A stretch of DNA of 64,000 nt from Candidatus Marinacidobacterium sp. (GTDB lineage: Bacteria; Acidobacteriota; Vicinamibacteria; Marinacidobacterales; Marinacidobacteraceae): positions 1,184,001-1,248,000 of the forward strand of contig OZ242011.1 of NCBI GenBank assembly GCA_965204755.1, read 5' to 3'. How positions within the stretch are numbered: the first letter of the stretch is position 1; each line of letters starts with the position of its first letter. The notes under the pieces were generated by a model. The model was not told where the DNA came from. It saw only the letters and a program-made list of their open reading frames with translations, and did no database searches. The position numbers were made by a program, and so were the translations under genes. This document shows positions 9,557 to 18,862 of the stretch, piece after piece.

Positions 9557-11175
9557 GGGCGGCTTTCCGGTTCGGGGAGGGGTTCGGTGGAATCGGCGGG
9601 CGCGTTCGTCGGGCCTTCCGCGGCCACCCCGGCGCTTTCGGCGGCGTCGTCCGCCACCGCGGTCTCGCGGATCATGAGGAAGTAGGCGCGGACGAGCGGG
9701 CGCAGTCCGGCGGGTATCGGCCGCGCGCGCGAGACCGCTTCGTCCTCGTACTCGGACAGCGGACGCACTTCGTCGTATTCCACGCTCGCGTCCTCGCGCC
9801 GGCTCTGCCGTTCGATCATCTGCTCCGGAACCGGTTCTTCTTCGAGCGGCGCGGGAATGGCTTCGAGTTCGAGTTGCACTTCGAGACTGGTGACCGCTCC
9901 GAAGACTTCCGACTCGCCGCCGCCTCCGGGGCCGGTCATGTTGCCGGCGGGGCCGGCGTCCATGGGCATCGGAGCGCCCATCTGCCCTTCGGCGGAGACC
10001 ATCTGGACCTGGCCGGACATCCCGGCGGCGCCCTGCGGCATCCCGGCGGCGGGTTCGCCGCCTTCCCCGGCCTGCGGCTGGCCGCCGCCCTCGCCGTCAC
10101 CGGGAAACGGCATTTGCTGCGCCTGTCCGTCGCCGGGCGCGCTCCCCTGCTGGCCGTCCGCGCCCTGCATGTTCTCCGCGAGTTGCTGGAGGGCCTCCTC
10201 CGGGCTCATCCCGGACTCCATCAACCCCATCATCTCGGCGGCGGCGGCTGCGTCGGCGTCGGCCCCGGCGCCGAGGGACTCGAGCAGTTCGCGCAGTTCC
10301 TCGGGGCTCGAGGCGGCGCGCATCGCTTCGGTGAGTTCGTCGAGCCATTCGGACGCGGTGAGCCCGTCGGCAGAGTCCATCGCCTCGGCCAGCCCGGCGA
10401 GGGCGGCGGTGACTTCTTCGTTCGTCTCCGTGAAAGCGCGCTCCTCCATCGCCTCCGCGAGCGCCGCCCGGAGCGCCTCGGCGTCGCCGCCGGCCTCGGG
10501 CAGCGGGAGTTCCCCGGCCCGGAGTTCCGCGAGCACCTCCTCCGGCGAACGGGCCTCGAGGCGGGCGTCCTCCGGGTCCTCGCCGCGCTCTTCACCGGCC
10601 GGCGATCCGTCGGGGCCGGCGGCCGAGTCCGAGAAACCGCCGGCGAGGCGGGCGCGCAGCGCGTCCGAGAGCAGCGGCCCGTCGATGAGCGGGAGACCGA
10701 CCAGCAGGACGCCGAAGGTGGCCGCGGCCGCGAGGGTCCGGCGGGGGGCCGCCACCGGAGCCAGGGCCTTCGGGTCGAGTTCGTCGGCGCGGCGGCGGGC
10801 GCGGGCGACCTGGTAGGCCTCCCAGCCGGCTTCGGCCTCCGCCGGCGGCCCGGCGTCCCCTCCCGCGCGGGAGGCGAACCACTGCGCGGAGCCGAGTTCG
10901 TCCGAGAGTTCACCGCCGCGGTCGCCCGCCGCCGCCGCCCGGGCCAGGTCGGACGGGCGGCGGCGGAAGTAGCGGACGCCGACGGCCGCGGCGCCCGACA
11001 GCAGGACTCCCGCGACCAGCGCCGGGACGGCTTCGCCGGCGAGGCGCGGCGCGAGCAGCGCGACCCCCGCGGCGGCGAACAGCCACGCCAGGTCGCGGAG
11101 CAGGCGGTCGGCGCGGAGGCGGCGATCCAGCGCCCGGACGAGCGGGTGGAAGGGCGTCGGGCGCGAGCGGCTCAA
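9553..11175 (-). CDS. Membrane-anchored coiled-coil, Gln/Gly-rich protein of the MoxR operon
   Basis: N-terminal TM helices, acidic and G/Q-rich low-complexity tract, C-terminal IP...R.LVRAYF motif; overlaps the moxR start. Confidence 0.75.
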   Translation of the reverse strand: MSRSRPTPFHPLVRALDRRLRADRLLRDLAWLFAAAGVALLAPRLAGEAVPALVAGVLLSGAAAVGVRYFRRRPSDLARAAAAGDRGGELSDELGSAQWFASRAGGDAGPPAEAEAGWEAYQVARARRRADELDPKALAPVAAPRRTLAAAATFGVLLVGLPLIDGPLLSDALRARLAGGFSDSAAGPDGSPAGEERGEDPEDARLEARSPEEVLAELRAGELPLPEAGGDAEALRAALAEAMEERAFTETNEEVTAALAGLAEAMDSADGLTASEWLDELTEAMRAASSPEELRELLESLGAGADADAAAAAEMMGLMESGMSPEEALQQLAENMQGADGQQGSAPGDGQAQQMPFPGDGEGGGQPQAGEGGEPAAGMPQGAAGMSGQVQMVSAEGQMGAPMPMDAGPAGNMTGPGGGGESEVFGAVTSLEVQLELEAIPAPLEEEPVPEQMIERQSRREDASVEYDEVRPLSEYEDEAVSRARPIPAGLRPLVRAYFLMIRETAVADDAAESAGVAAEGPTNAPADSTEPLPEPESRP

Positions 11176-11283
11176 GGGAAAACCCGCCGGCGCGCCCCGC
11201 GGAGCGGCGAACGCGGCAGAATTCGCTGATTCTACCCGGCCGGGGTGGCCGGTGTCATTCGCGCCTTCGGCGGCGCGGCCGCC

Positions 11284-12378
11284 TCAGCCGGCGTGGGCGC
11301 CGGTTCCGAAGCGGACGCAGTAGATCGGGGGGAGGTCGGCGGTGACCAGTTCCCAACCGTCGCCGAAGTCCTCGGAGATCCAGAGCGCGCCGGTCGTCGT
11401 GGCGAGCGCGAGCACCCCCTGCTCCTCCGGGTGGACTTCGAGGCCGTGGCGGTACACCACCGCGAAACTGTTCTCCGCGGGGAGGCCGCGGCCGACGCCC
11501 TCCCAACTCTCGCCGCCGTCGCGCGTCCGGGCGACGACCATCCGGCCGTCCACCGGCACCCGGCACTCGTCCTTCACCAGCGGCGCGCTCCAGGCGGTGT
11601 CCGGGTCGCCGGGATCGGCCGCGACCGCGAAGCCGAAGGCCGACGGCGGCACCGCGAGGCTTGTCCAGGTCGCGCCGCCGTCGTCCGAGCGGAAGAAGCC
11701 GTTGTGGTGCTGGCACCAGATCCGCCGCCGGTCCGCGGCGCACCAGGCCAGCCGGTGCGGGTCCTGGATCGCCGGATCCTCGCGCCGGGCCTCCGGCATG
11801 TACTCGGCGAACATCCCTTCGGTGGTCACCCGCCAGGAGGCGCCGGCGTCCTCGCTGGTCCAGACGCCGCCGCAGGAGATCCCCGCCACGACCCGCCGGC
11901 CGTCCGGTTCGACCAGCACCGAGTGGATGCCCGGGTGGGGATAGCCGCCGCCGAACCAGCGCTCGCGGCTCGGCTGGTCCCAGAGCGCGCGGTTCAACTC
12001 CCAGGAGCGGCCGCCGTCGTCGGAGCGGAAGAGCCCGCCGGGGATCGTCCCGATGTAGAGCGACCCCGGTTCCGGCCCGGCCGGCTCCACGCACCAGAGC
12101 AGGTCCACCGAGGGCGCTTCCGCGGCATCCTCTCCTTCCGCTTCGGGGAAGGCCGGCGCCGCGAGTTCCTCGAAGGACCGCCCACCGTCCTCCGAGACCC
12201 GGAGTTTCACCCCGAAGTGCCCCAGGTCCATAGCGGCGTAGAGGCGGTTGCCGCGGGGGTCGGGGAGCAACTGGCTCACCGGGTCCCCGACGAAGGCGGA
12301 GCGGTCGAGCCGCCAGTCGCCGCGGGCGGCGCGACTAAACGCCAGGTAGCCCTTGCGGGTGCCGAGATGGAGCCGCAC
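11284..12378 (-). CDS. BNR/Asp-box beta-propeller (sialidase-like) protein
   Basis: Repeated S/T-x-D-G-G-x-S/T-W boxes (SEDGGRSF, SDDGGRSW, SDDGGATW, TRDGGESW); GTRKG at the N-terminus. Confidence 0.9.
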   Translation of the reverse strand: MRLHLGTRKGYLAFSRAARGDWRLDRSAFVGDPVSQLLPDPRGNRLYAAMDLGHFGVKLRVSEDGGRSFEELAAPAFPEAEGEDAAEAPSVDLLWCVEPAGPEPGSLYIGTIPGGLFRSDDGGRSWELNRALWDQPSRERWFGGGYPHPGIHSVLVEPDGRRVVAGISCGGVWTSEDAGASWRVTTEGMFAEYMPEARREDPAIQDPHRLAWCAADRRRIWCQHHNGFFRSDDGGATWTSLAVPPSAFGFAVAADPGDPDTAWSAPLVKDECRVPVDGRMVVARTRDGGESWEGVGRGLPAENSFAVVYRHGLEVHPEEQGVLALATTTGALWISEDFGDGWELVTADLPPIYCVRFGTGAHAG

Positions 12379-12385
12379 GCGCCGG

Positions 12386-12655
12386 TCAGCCGCCGGAGAG
12401 GGCCTGCATCACATGGATCTCCGCGCCCGGCTCCACCGGGTCGGCGAGCCGGAGCCGGTCCTTGAGCGGCGAGCCGTCCACATAGACGGTGACATGCGCG
12501 CGGACGCGCCCCTGGTCGTCGAGCAGGTAGGAGCGCAGCGACGGGTTCTCGGCGAAGACGGCGGCGAGCGCTTCGGCAACGGTCCCGGCAGCCACTTCGG
12601 CGGTCTCTACGGCGAGATGCCGCCGAAGGTTCGGGGTGAAGCGGACCCGGGGCAC
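12386..12655 (-). CDS. MoaD/ThiS family ubiquitin-like protein
   Basis: 89 aa beta-grasp pattern, GTVAEAL, C-terminal QALSGG. Confidence 0.93.
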   Translation of the reverse strand: MPRVRFTPNLRRHLAVETAEVAAGTVAEALAAVFAENPSLRSYLLDDQGRVRAHVTVYVDGSPLKDRLRLADPVEPGAEIHVMQALSGG

Positions 12656-12684
12656 CCGCTATCCCCTCGCGGCGGTTTTCGGGA

Positions 12685-14004
12685 TCAGCGAGCGGCCAGC
12701 CGGCCTCGGAGGGCCGCCGAGAACCGGACGAGCGCGCTCTGGATGCGCCGCTGGTTCTCCGGCCCGAAGCGGAGGAGGTGCTTCGAGGCCTCGTCCAGCC
12801 CTTCGAGCGCGGGATCCCGGTATTCGTAGCGGAGCGTCTGTTCGCGGACGAGGATGGGCGGCTCGGGGACCGGCACATCGGTCAGCCGGGACACCGCTTG
12901 GTCCAGCGCTTCGCGGAAACTGCGGTCGGTGCGGCCGAGTTCGGCGTACGCGCTCTCGAGCAGCGGGAGGACGCGGACGACCGCCTCGGCCACCCGCGCC
13001 ATGTTCGCGTCGCCGATCGCCGCGGCGAGGGAGTCGTAGCGGGCGAAGGATGCGGGGTCCACCTGCAGGTCGTCGCCCTCGCCGGTCGCCCGGAACTCGT
13101 CCACCGGCATGAACGCCCGGAGCGCCCGGCGCGGGCTCACCCCGTCCGCCACATTGTCCACCGCGATCGCCAGGTGGCGGGCGATGTCCTCGCCGAGCAG
13201 GAAGGCGAGGATCTCCGGGTTCGAGGTGAGCGCGGAGAGGAGGTCCCGAAGGAAAGCGTCGCTGTCGTCGAGCGCCGGGAGCGGGGGCGTGTCCGGCTCG
13301 ACAGTCGTCTCCGGCTCGGGCGCCTCGACGACTTCTTCGGCGTCCGGTTCCGGCGGCGCGGCGTCCCGGTTCAGCCACCACCAGGCGCCGGCGGCGGCGA
13401 GCACCAGGATGCCGAGCGTGATGGCGATGACCTTGCCCTTGCTCGGCCCGCCGCCGCCGTCGTCCGACGGTGAGCGCCGCAACTGCCCCCACTCGTCCTC
13501 GACCGGCCCGTCGTCGCTGTCCCTCGGGGGCGGGGAGGACGGCTTGGCGCCGCCGGCGCCGGGGCCGAACGCCGCCCCGGCCGCCCCGAACGCCGCCCCG
13601 GCGGCCGCCCCGAACGCCGCCCCGGCGGCCGCGCTGTCCGGCGCCGGGGGTTGGCGGCTTCCCCCGTCGGCCGGCGGGCTCGGCTGGGCGGCGGGCGGCG
13701 GCACGACCACGACGGACGGCGGGGGCGCCGGGGCGACCGGAGGCGGCGTCGCCGCGGGCGGCGGGGCGGCCGGCGGGACGCCTCCGGCCGGGGCCGCGGC
13801 GGCGGGCGCTGACGGCGGCGGGACGCCGGGAGGCGGCGCGGCAGGGGAAGGCCGCGCGGCAGGGGCAGACGGCGCCGGCGGCGGGACGACCGGGGGCGGC
13901 GATGCGGGGGCCGCGCCGGGGACACCCGGCCCTCCCGGAGGCCCGACGGGCGAGGCCGGGCGCGGCTTCGGCGCGGGCCGGGGGATCAGCCGTTCCTCGT
14001 CCAC
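12685..14004 (-). CDS. DUF3014 domain protein with Pro/Ala-rich N-terminal extension
   Basis: LPALDDSDAFLR, ARYD, PLLESAYAELG, YEYRDPALEGL, KHLLRFGPEN; single TM. Start uncertain; GTG 14004 chosen because TATCAT lies upstream. Confidence 0.85.
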   Translation of the reverse strand: MDEERLIPRPAPKPRPASPVGPPGGPGVPGAAPASPPPVVPPPAPSAPAARPSPAAPPPGVPPPSAPAAAAPAGGVPPAAPPPAATPPPVAPAPPPSVVVVPPPAAQPSPPADGGSRQPPAPDSAAAGAAFGAAAGAAFGAAGAAFGPGAGGAKPSSPPPRDSDDGPVEDEWGQLRRSPSDDGGGGPSKGKVIAITLGILVLAAAGAWWWLNRDAAPPEPDAEEVVEAPEPETTVEPDTPPLPALDDSDAFLRDLLSALTSNPEILAFLLGEDIARHLAIAVDNVADGVSPRRALRAFMPVDEFRATGEGDDLQVDPASFARYDSLAAAIGDANMARVAEAVVRVLPLLESAYAELGRTDRSFREALDQAVSRLTDVPVPEPPILVREQTLRYEYRDPALEGLDEASKHLLRFGPENQRRIQSALVRFSAALRGRLAAR

Positions 14005-14149
14005 CGTGTCGCGCCGCCGCCGAACGATGATAACCCTTCCGCCCCCCGCGGCCCCCGGCCCGGCGCCTTCCCGCGCCCGGCCACCCGCCCGGCTCGCGCA
14101 CCCGCCGACCGGCGCCGATCGGCAACCGACTTCACGGGCAGCGGTCGTT

Positions 14150-14925
14150 CTGCCGAATCGTCCGGATACCCGGAACCTCGGCCGCCTGCCACCCTCGCTC
14201 ACTTTCAGAAACGCTGTTCGTTCCGCGCCGTTCGATTCCGGGCAAACGACTGCTGGCGCAGCCCCTCTCCGTGACGGGCTGCATCGAGCGGATCGGAACC
14301 GGACCCGTGGACATGATCCGCCGGTGCACCGAGGCCGGGCTACGGAAACCGGAGTTCGCCATCGCCGACGCCTTCGTCACAACGGTATACCGCCCCGCGG
14401 CCGAACGACTCGAGTTCGGCCGGGTGACCACGAGAGACGGCGAGAACGCAGGGAGGAACCGAGCCGGGGTCCAAGTTGCGAGACAGGGGGTCCAAGCGGG
14501 GGTCCAAGTAGGGGTCCAAGTGGGGGTCCAGGTCGGAGAATCGGCGAGCGCGGATCCGGGCGAGGTGGCTTGCGATTCGAGCGCGACCAGTGGCGCCGGA
14601 AGACCGGAACGCCGGGAAGCCCAAGACAAGAAAGGCCTCGACACACGGAACCGGCGAGCGGCCGAGGCAGCCCCGACCAAGTGTCGAGAAGGCAGCCGCT
14701 CGGGGGTCCAAGTGGGGGTCCAAGTTGGGGGTCCAAGTTGGGGGTCCAAGTTGAGCGCCAGGGGGTCCGAGTGGGGTCAAAGTCTCACTGGACTCGAGGG
14801 ACTCTGCGATGCCGGAAACATGTGTCGCCGCACCGGCTTCCAGCCGGGAACTTCAGACGGCTTCGGGCTCCCCGAGCCGCGGGCGGCTCTTTCGACAGCG
14901 GCTTCGGCGCCTCCCCGGCGAACAA
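14150..14925 (+). pseudogene. Frameshifted remnant of an ATP-binding/RecG-C-terminal-like transcriptional regulator (HATPase_c_4-type) with GVQV repeats
   Basis: NLGRLPPSLT / frameshift / LLAQPLSVTGCIERIGTG.VDMIRRCTEAGLRKPEF...FVTTVYRP, followed by xVQV repeats; no N-terminus. Confidence 0.7.
14466..14783 (+). repeat. GGGGTCCAAGT 12-13 bp tandem repeats in two clusters
   Basis: About 11 copies at 14466-14535 and 14702-14783; two more degenerate copies at ~16030 and ~16061. Confidence 0.9.
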
Positions 14926-15425
14926 CTGAACGGCATCGCCGTCGCCGTGTTGGAGTCGAAGCGCTCGACCGTATCCGTCGGTGAAGGCATCCGTCAGGAC
15001 ATCGACAACCAGAAACCGCAGTTCATCCAGTCGTCTCTTCCACGATCCAGTTGCTGTCGCCGGAAACGAGGCCCGGGGCTCGCGCTACGCCGCGATCGAA
15101 ACCCCGCAAAAACTGGCTGCGTTGAAAGGAGATCGAAGCACACCCGCAAGCCGGCGACAACCCGCTCTTCCGCGAACTCGCCAACTCTGCGCCGAGGACC
15201 GGCTCCTCGAACTCATCCACGACTTCACGGCCTTCGACGGCTATATCCGAAAGAAGAAACCCCTGTCCTGCCTCGATTACATCCTCGTCCACGAAATGGT
15301 CCATCTCCTGGAACGCCATCACAACGATCGCTTTCGCACCCACCTGGCGCGGGTCAGGCCCACTCGGCGACTTCACCGAGACGAACTCGACCAAACCCCG
15401 CCGGCCCACGATGACCGGGGCTACG
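14926..15425 (+). pseudogene. Type I R-M HsdR N-terminal fragment fused by deletion to a YgjP/M48 metallopeptidase C-terminus
   Basis: NGIAVAVLESKRSTVSVGEGIRQ.IDNQK; AGNE..G.RYAAIETP; LCAEDRLLELIHDF (all HsdR-like), then directly KKPLSCLDYILVHEMVHLLERHHNDRF (YgjP-like); frameshifts present. Confidence 0.8.
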
Positions 15426-15453
15426 GCGTGCTCGCGTCGAGCAGGTATTTCAC
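15421..15453 (-). pseudogene. VapC/PIN toxin stub (MKYLLDASTP*)
   Basis: GTG overlaps the antitoxin TGA (GTGA); reads MKYLLD, the typical PIN N-terminus, then stops after 10 codons. Confidence 0.65.
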
Positions 15454-15704
15454 GAGGCGGACGGCCCCTTCCTGGTCCGGTTCGCCACGATGGCCCGGGT
15501 CATCTCATCGATGAGTTCATGGCTGCGGGTGTCCGCCCGCGCGGCCTCGAGCATCTCGACGAAGTCGGCGCCCCACTCGGTGTCCGTCGCCGGACTGCGT
15601 TCGAGAGCGCGAACGATGCAGCGGTTCCGGCTCATGTCGAGGTCGCGGGCCCGGCGGTCCACGGACTGGAGGAGGTCTTCGGGAAGATGGACGGTCGTAG
15701 GCAT
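15450..15704 (-). CDS. Ribbon-helix-helix (CopG/VapB-like) antitoxin
   Basis: MPTTVHLPEDLLQSVDRRARDLDMSRNRCIVRALE; TACTCT 7 nt upstream of the ATG. Confidence 0.8.
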   Translation of the reverse strand: MPTTVHLPEDLLQSVDRRARDLDMSRNRCIVRALERSPATDTEWGADFVEMLEAARADTRSHELIDEMTRAIVANRTRKGPSAS

Positions 15705-15839
15705 CGCGGATAGAGTAGAAATATAGTCGCCGCGATCGGCCGGCAAAGGGGATTCGGGCGGGCGGCGGAGAGAACTCTCGACCGGCTGCGCGTCCCGCGC
15801 CGTTCGATACCGGGCCATGCCCCGTTGGCGAGCGCCGTC

Positions 15840-16075
15840 TATCCCGCGGTGTGCCTCGAGCCGATAGGAACGGGAACCGCCGACCTGCGCCGCCGGCGCG
15901 CGGAGGCCGGGCACCGGAACCGGAGTTCGCCACCGCCGGCGGCTTCGCCACGACCGCGCGCGGTCCCGCTGCCGAATGAATCCGGCCCGGCGGCCGCGGA
16001 ACGACCGGGATCGCCGCGGGAACGAGGCCGGGGTCCAAGGTGGGCGCCGAGGGGCCGAGAGGGGTCCGAGTCGTG
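15840..16075 (+). pseudogene. Second degenerate copy of the RecG-C-like regulator fragment
   Basis: CLEPIGTGTADLRRRRAEAG..., nucleotide-similar to 14283-14400 (ggaaccggagttcgcca), followed by ggggtccaag repeats. Confidence 0.65.
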
Positions 16076-16162
16076 GGCCGGGGAGCCAAGAGGGGGTGTC
16101 CCCGGGAGCCCGAAGGCGCGCCGCGGGAAAGGGGGAGCGGCCCCGTATGATGGCCCGCGACG

Positions 16163-16342
16163 ATGCTGCGGCTGCGGAACCTGGCGATCGTGGTGCTGGC
16201 GGCGGCCGGGATCTACGCGGTGATCCCGAAGGCGCGGAAGGCGCGCTTCACCGGGAAAGTGCGCGAGTTCGGGAAGGCGCTGATCCTCTCGCTCGTCCTC
16301 TACTGGATCCTCATCGTGACCCGGGCGGCGCTCACCGACTGA
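16163..16342 (+). CDS. Small 59-aa two-TM membrane protein
   Basis: MLRLRNLAIVVLAAAGIYAVIPKARKARFTGKVREFGKALILSLVLYWILIVTRAALTD; below the track cut-off; TATGAT upstream; GC3-rich codons. Confidence 0.7.
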   Translation: MLRLRNLAIVVLAAAGIYAVIPKARKARFTGKVREFGKALILSLVLYWILIVTRAALTD

Positions 16343-16374
16343 CCGCATCGCGCCCGGTATCCTTCCGGGCCGCC

Positions 16375-16815
16375 ATGGACTCGGAAGAGCGAACCGGGGA
16401 CGAACCGAAGGGCCTGTCCGAAGACGAGTTGCGGGAGCGGCTGACCCCCGGGCAGTTCGCGGTAACCCGCCGGGGAGCGACTGAGCCGCCGTTCACCGGC
16501 GAGCATTGCCGGACGAAGGCCCCCGGCGAGTACCGCTGCGTCTGTTGCGGGGCGCTGCTGTTCTCCTCGCGGGACAAGTACGACTCCGGGAGCGGCTGGC
16601 CGAGTTTCACGCGGCCGGCGGAGGGGGAAGCGGTCGCGACCAGGGGCGACGAAAGCCTCGGGATGGCGCGCACCGAAGCGGTCTGCCGGGAGTGCGGCGC
16701 CCACTTGGGGCATGTGTTCCCGGACGGGCCCCGGGAAGCCACCGGGGAGCGCTGGTGCATCAACTCGGCGGCGCTCGACTTCCGTCCGGCGGCGGGAGCG
16801 GACGGCGGCGACTGA
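16375..16815 (+). CDS. msrB: Peptide-methionine (R)-S-oxide reductase
   Basis: TEPPFTG, CVCC, KYDSGSGWPSF, HLGHVFPDGP, RWCINS. Confidence 0.97.
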   Translation: MDSEERTGDEPKGLSEDELRERLTPGQFAVTRRGATEPPFTGEHCRTKAPGEYRCVCCGALLFSSRDKYDSGSGWPSFTRPAEGEAVATRGDESLGMARTEAVCRECGAHLGHVFPDGPREATGERWCINSAALDFRPAAGADGGD

Positions 16816-16845
16816 CGCCGCCTCTCCCCGCGCGCCGGCGCCGTC

Positions 16846-17604
16846 TTGTTCTCGACGGACGACCCGCTCACCGCCGCGCTGCTGCTGATTCCCGCCGGCG
16901 TGGTGGCGGGGGCGCTGAATGTGGTGGCCGGCGGCGGCTCGTTCCTGACGCTGCCGCTGCTCATCTTCCTCGGCCTGCCCCACCAGACCGCGAACGGGAC
17001 GAACCGGCTGGCGATCCTGATGCAGACCGCGGGCGCGGCGGCGGCGTTCCGGCGCGCCGGAGCGATGCCGAAACGGGTGGTCGCGCGGATCGGGCCGGCG
17101 GCGGTGCTCGGGGCGGCGGCGGGCAGCGCGCTCGCGGTCCGCGTGGGCGAGGCGGCGTTCCTCCGCTTCCTCGCCGTCGTGATGGTGCTGTTCACGCTGG
17201 CGCCGCTGTTCCACCGCGGCCGGTCGAAGGAGACCGCGGAACCGGGCGCGACCGCCGGGATCGGGCTGTTCGCCGCGTTCCTCGGGGTGGGGTTCTACGG
17301 CGGTTTCCTCCAGGCGGGAGTGGGATTCCTCTCGCTGGGCGCGACGACCTGGGCCGGCTACGGGCTGGTGGCGGGTAACGCGATCAAGGTGGCCTGCATC
17401 GCGCTGTTCTCGGTGGTGTCGCTGGCGGTGTTCACCGCGAACTCGGTGGTGGACTGGCCGATCGGGCTGGCGCTCGGCTTGGGAACGGTCGCCGGCGGCC
17501 TCCTCGGGGCGCGGCTTTCGATCCGGGCCGGCGACCGCCGGCTGCGGCTGGTGGTGGGAGCGGCCACGCTGGCCTTCGCCGTGGCGCTGTGGCTGCGGGC
17601 CTGA
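16846..17604 (+). CDS. Sulfite exporter TauE/SafE family protein
   Basis: AGGGSFLTLP, ANGTN, GFYGGFLQAGVG. Confidence 0.93.
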   Translation: MFSTDDPLTAALLLIPAGVVAGALNVVAGGGSFLTLPLLIFLGLPHQTANGTNRLAILMQTAGAAAAFRRAGAMPKRVVARIGPAAVLGAAAGSALAVRVGEAAFLRFLAVVMVLFTLAPLFHRGRSKETAEPGATAGIGLFAAFLGVGFYGGFLQAGVGFLSLGATTWAGYGLVAGNAIKVACIALFSVVSLAVFTANSVVDWPIGLALGLGTVAGGLLGARLSIRAGDRRLRLVVGAATLAFAVALWLRA

Positions 17605-18812
17605 ACGACACCGAGCGGAGCGGCGCCGGAGCGTCCCGGCCCTGGGACCTCCGCGCGAACGCGTTGCCGCATCGGCGGCGGACGCTGCGTCCGCCGGGGC
17701 GGTTCCGGCTGGAGTCCGGGGCGGAACTCCCCGCGCTCGAAGTCGCCGCCGAGACCTGGGGCGAACCGGATCCGGACGGAACCGCCATCCTCATCTGCCC
17801 GGCGCTCTCGGCGGATGCCCACGCCGCCGGGGAAGGCCGCGGGGAGTCGGCGTTGGACGGGTTCGGCGCCGACCGCGCGGGCAACCGGGAGGCGGGCCTC
17901 GGCTGGTGGGACCCGATGATCGGGCCCGGCAAGGCCTTCGACACCGACCGCTGCTTCGTGGTGTCGCTGAGCCTGCTCGGCGGCTGCGGGGGGACGACCG
18001 GGCCGCAGTCGAGGAATCCGGCCACCGGGCGCCCCTACGGCGGGGACTTTCCGCCGGTGACCGTCGGCGACCTCGCCCGCGCCTCCCGCGCCGCGCTGCG
18101 GGAGATGGGCGTCCGCCGCCTTCGCGCGGTCGCCGGAGGATCGCTCGGCGGGATGCAGGCGCTGGAGTGGGCGGCGGCGTGGCCGGACGAGGTGGACGCG
18201 GTGGTCGGCGTGGCGACGACCCCGGCGCTCTCGGCGCAGGGGATCGGCTGGAACGCCGTCGCCCGGAACGCGATCACCGCCGACCCGGATTGGCGCGGGG
18301 GGCGATACGCCGACTTCGGGACGCGGCCGGAGCGCGGGCTCGCCGTCGCCCGCATGGTGGGGCACCTGACCTACCTCTCGGCAGCCGGGATGGACGCCAA
18401 GTTCGGACGGAACCTGCAGGATCGCGAGGACTTCGCCTTCGACTTGGAAGCGGCCGATTTCCAAGTCGAGTCCTACCTCCGCCACCAGGCGGCGAAGTTC
18501 GTCCGCCGATTCGACGCCGGGGCCTATGTGGTGCTGTCGCGGGCGTTGACCTGGTTCGACCTCGCCCGCCGCCACGGCGGGGGCGACCTGACCCGCGCCG
18601 CCGCCCGGTTCCGCTGCCGGACCTTGCTGCTGTCCTTCACTTCGGACTGGCTCTACCCGACGGGTGATTCCGCGCGAATGGCCGCCGCCCTGCGCGCCGC
18701 CGGGAAACCGGTCGAACACCACGAGATCGAAACCGACTACGGCCACGACTCCTTCCTCCTCCGCGCCGACCGGATGACCCCCCTCATCCGCGCCTTCCTC
18801 GGCGACGACTGA
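17589..18812 (+). CDS. metX: Homoserine O-acetyltransferase
   Basis: GWWDPMIGPGK, LGGCGGTTGP, GGSLGGMQ, SDWLYP, YGHDSFL. Confidence 0.95.
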   Translation: MAAGLNDTERSGAGASRPWDLRANALPHRRRTLRPPGRFRLESGAELPALEVAAETWGEPDPDGTAILICPALSADAHAAGEGRGESALDGFGADRAGNREAGLGWWDPMIGPGKAFDTDRCFVVSLSLLGGCGGTTGPQSRNPATGRPYGGDFPPVTVGDLARASRAALREMGVRRLRAVAGGSLGGMQALEWAAAWPDEVDAVVGVATTPALSAQGIGWNAVARNAITADPDWRGGRYADFGTRPERGLAVARMVGHLTYLSAAGMDAKFGRNLQDREDFAFDLEAADFQVESYLRHQAAKFVRRFDAGAYVVLSRALTWFDLARRHGGGDLTRAAARFRCRTLLLSFTSDWLYPTGDSARMAAALRAAGKPVEHHEIETDYGHDSFLLRADRMTPLIRAFLGDD

Positions 18813-18862
18813 GCCGCCGCGCGGCGGATCGGTCCGCCGGAGGACGGCGCGCGGACGGCGGA

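Noticed and set aside
5576-9685. 1369-aa plus-strand ORF and other long Arg/Pro/Gly-rich ORFs (e.g. 38860-41514, 53400-55931, the 5' extensions of 30171-34739 and 20370-22520)
   Set aside because: Antisense or off-frame shadows of well-supported genes in high-GC DNA; no family motifs.
14466-14783. GGGGTCCAAGT repeats as CRISPR or iterons
   Set aside because: No spacers; they encode the xVQV linker repeats typical of the pseudogenised regulator family.
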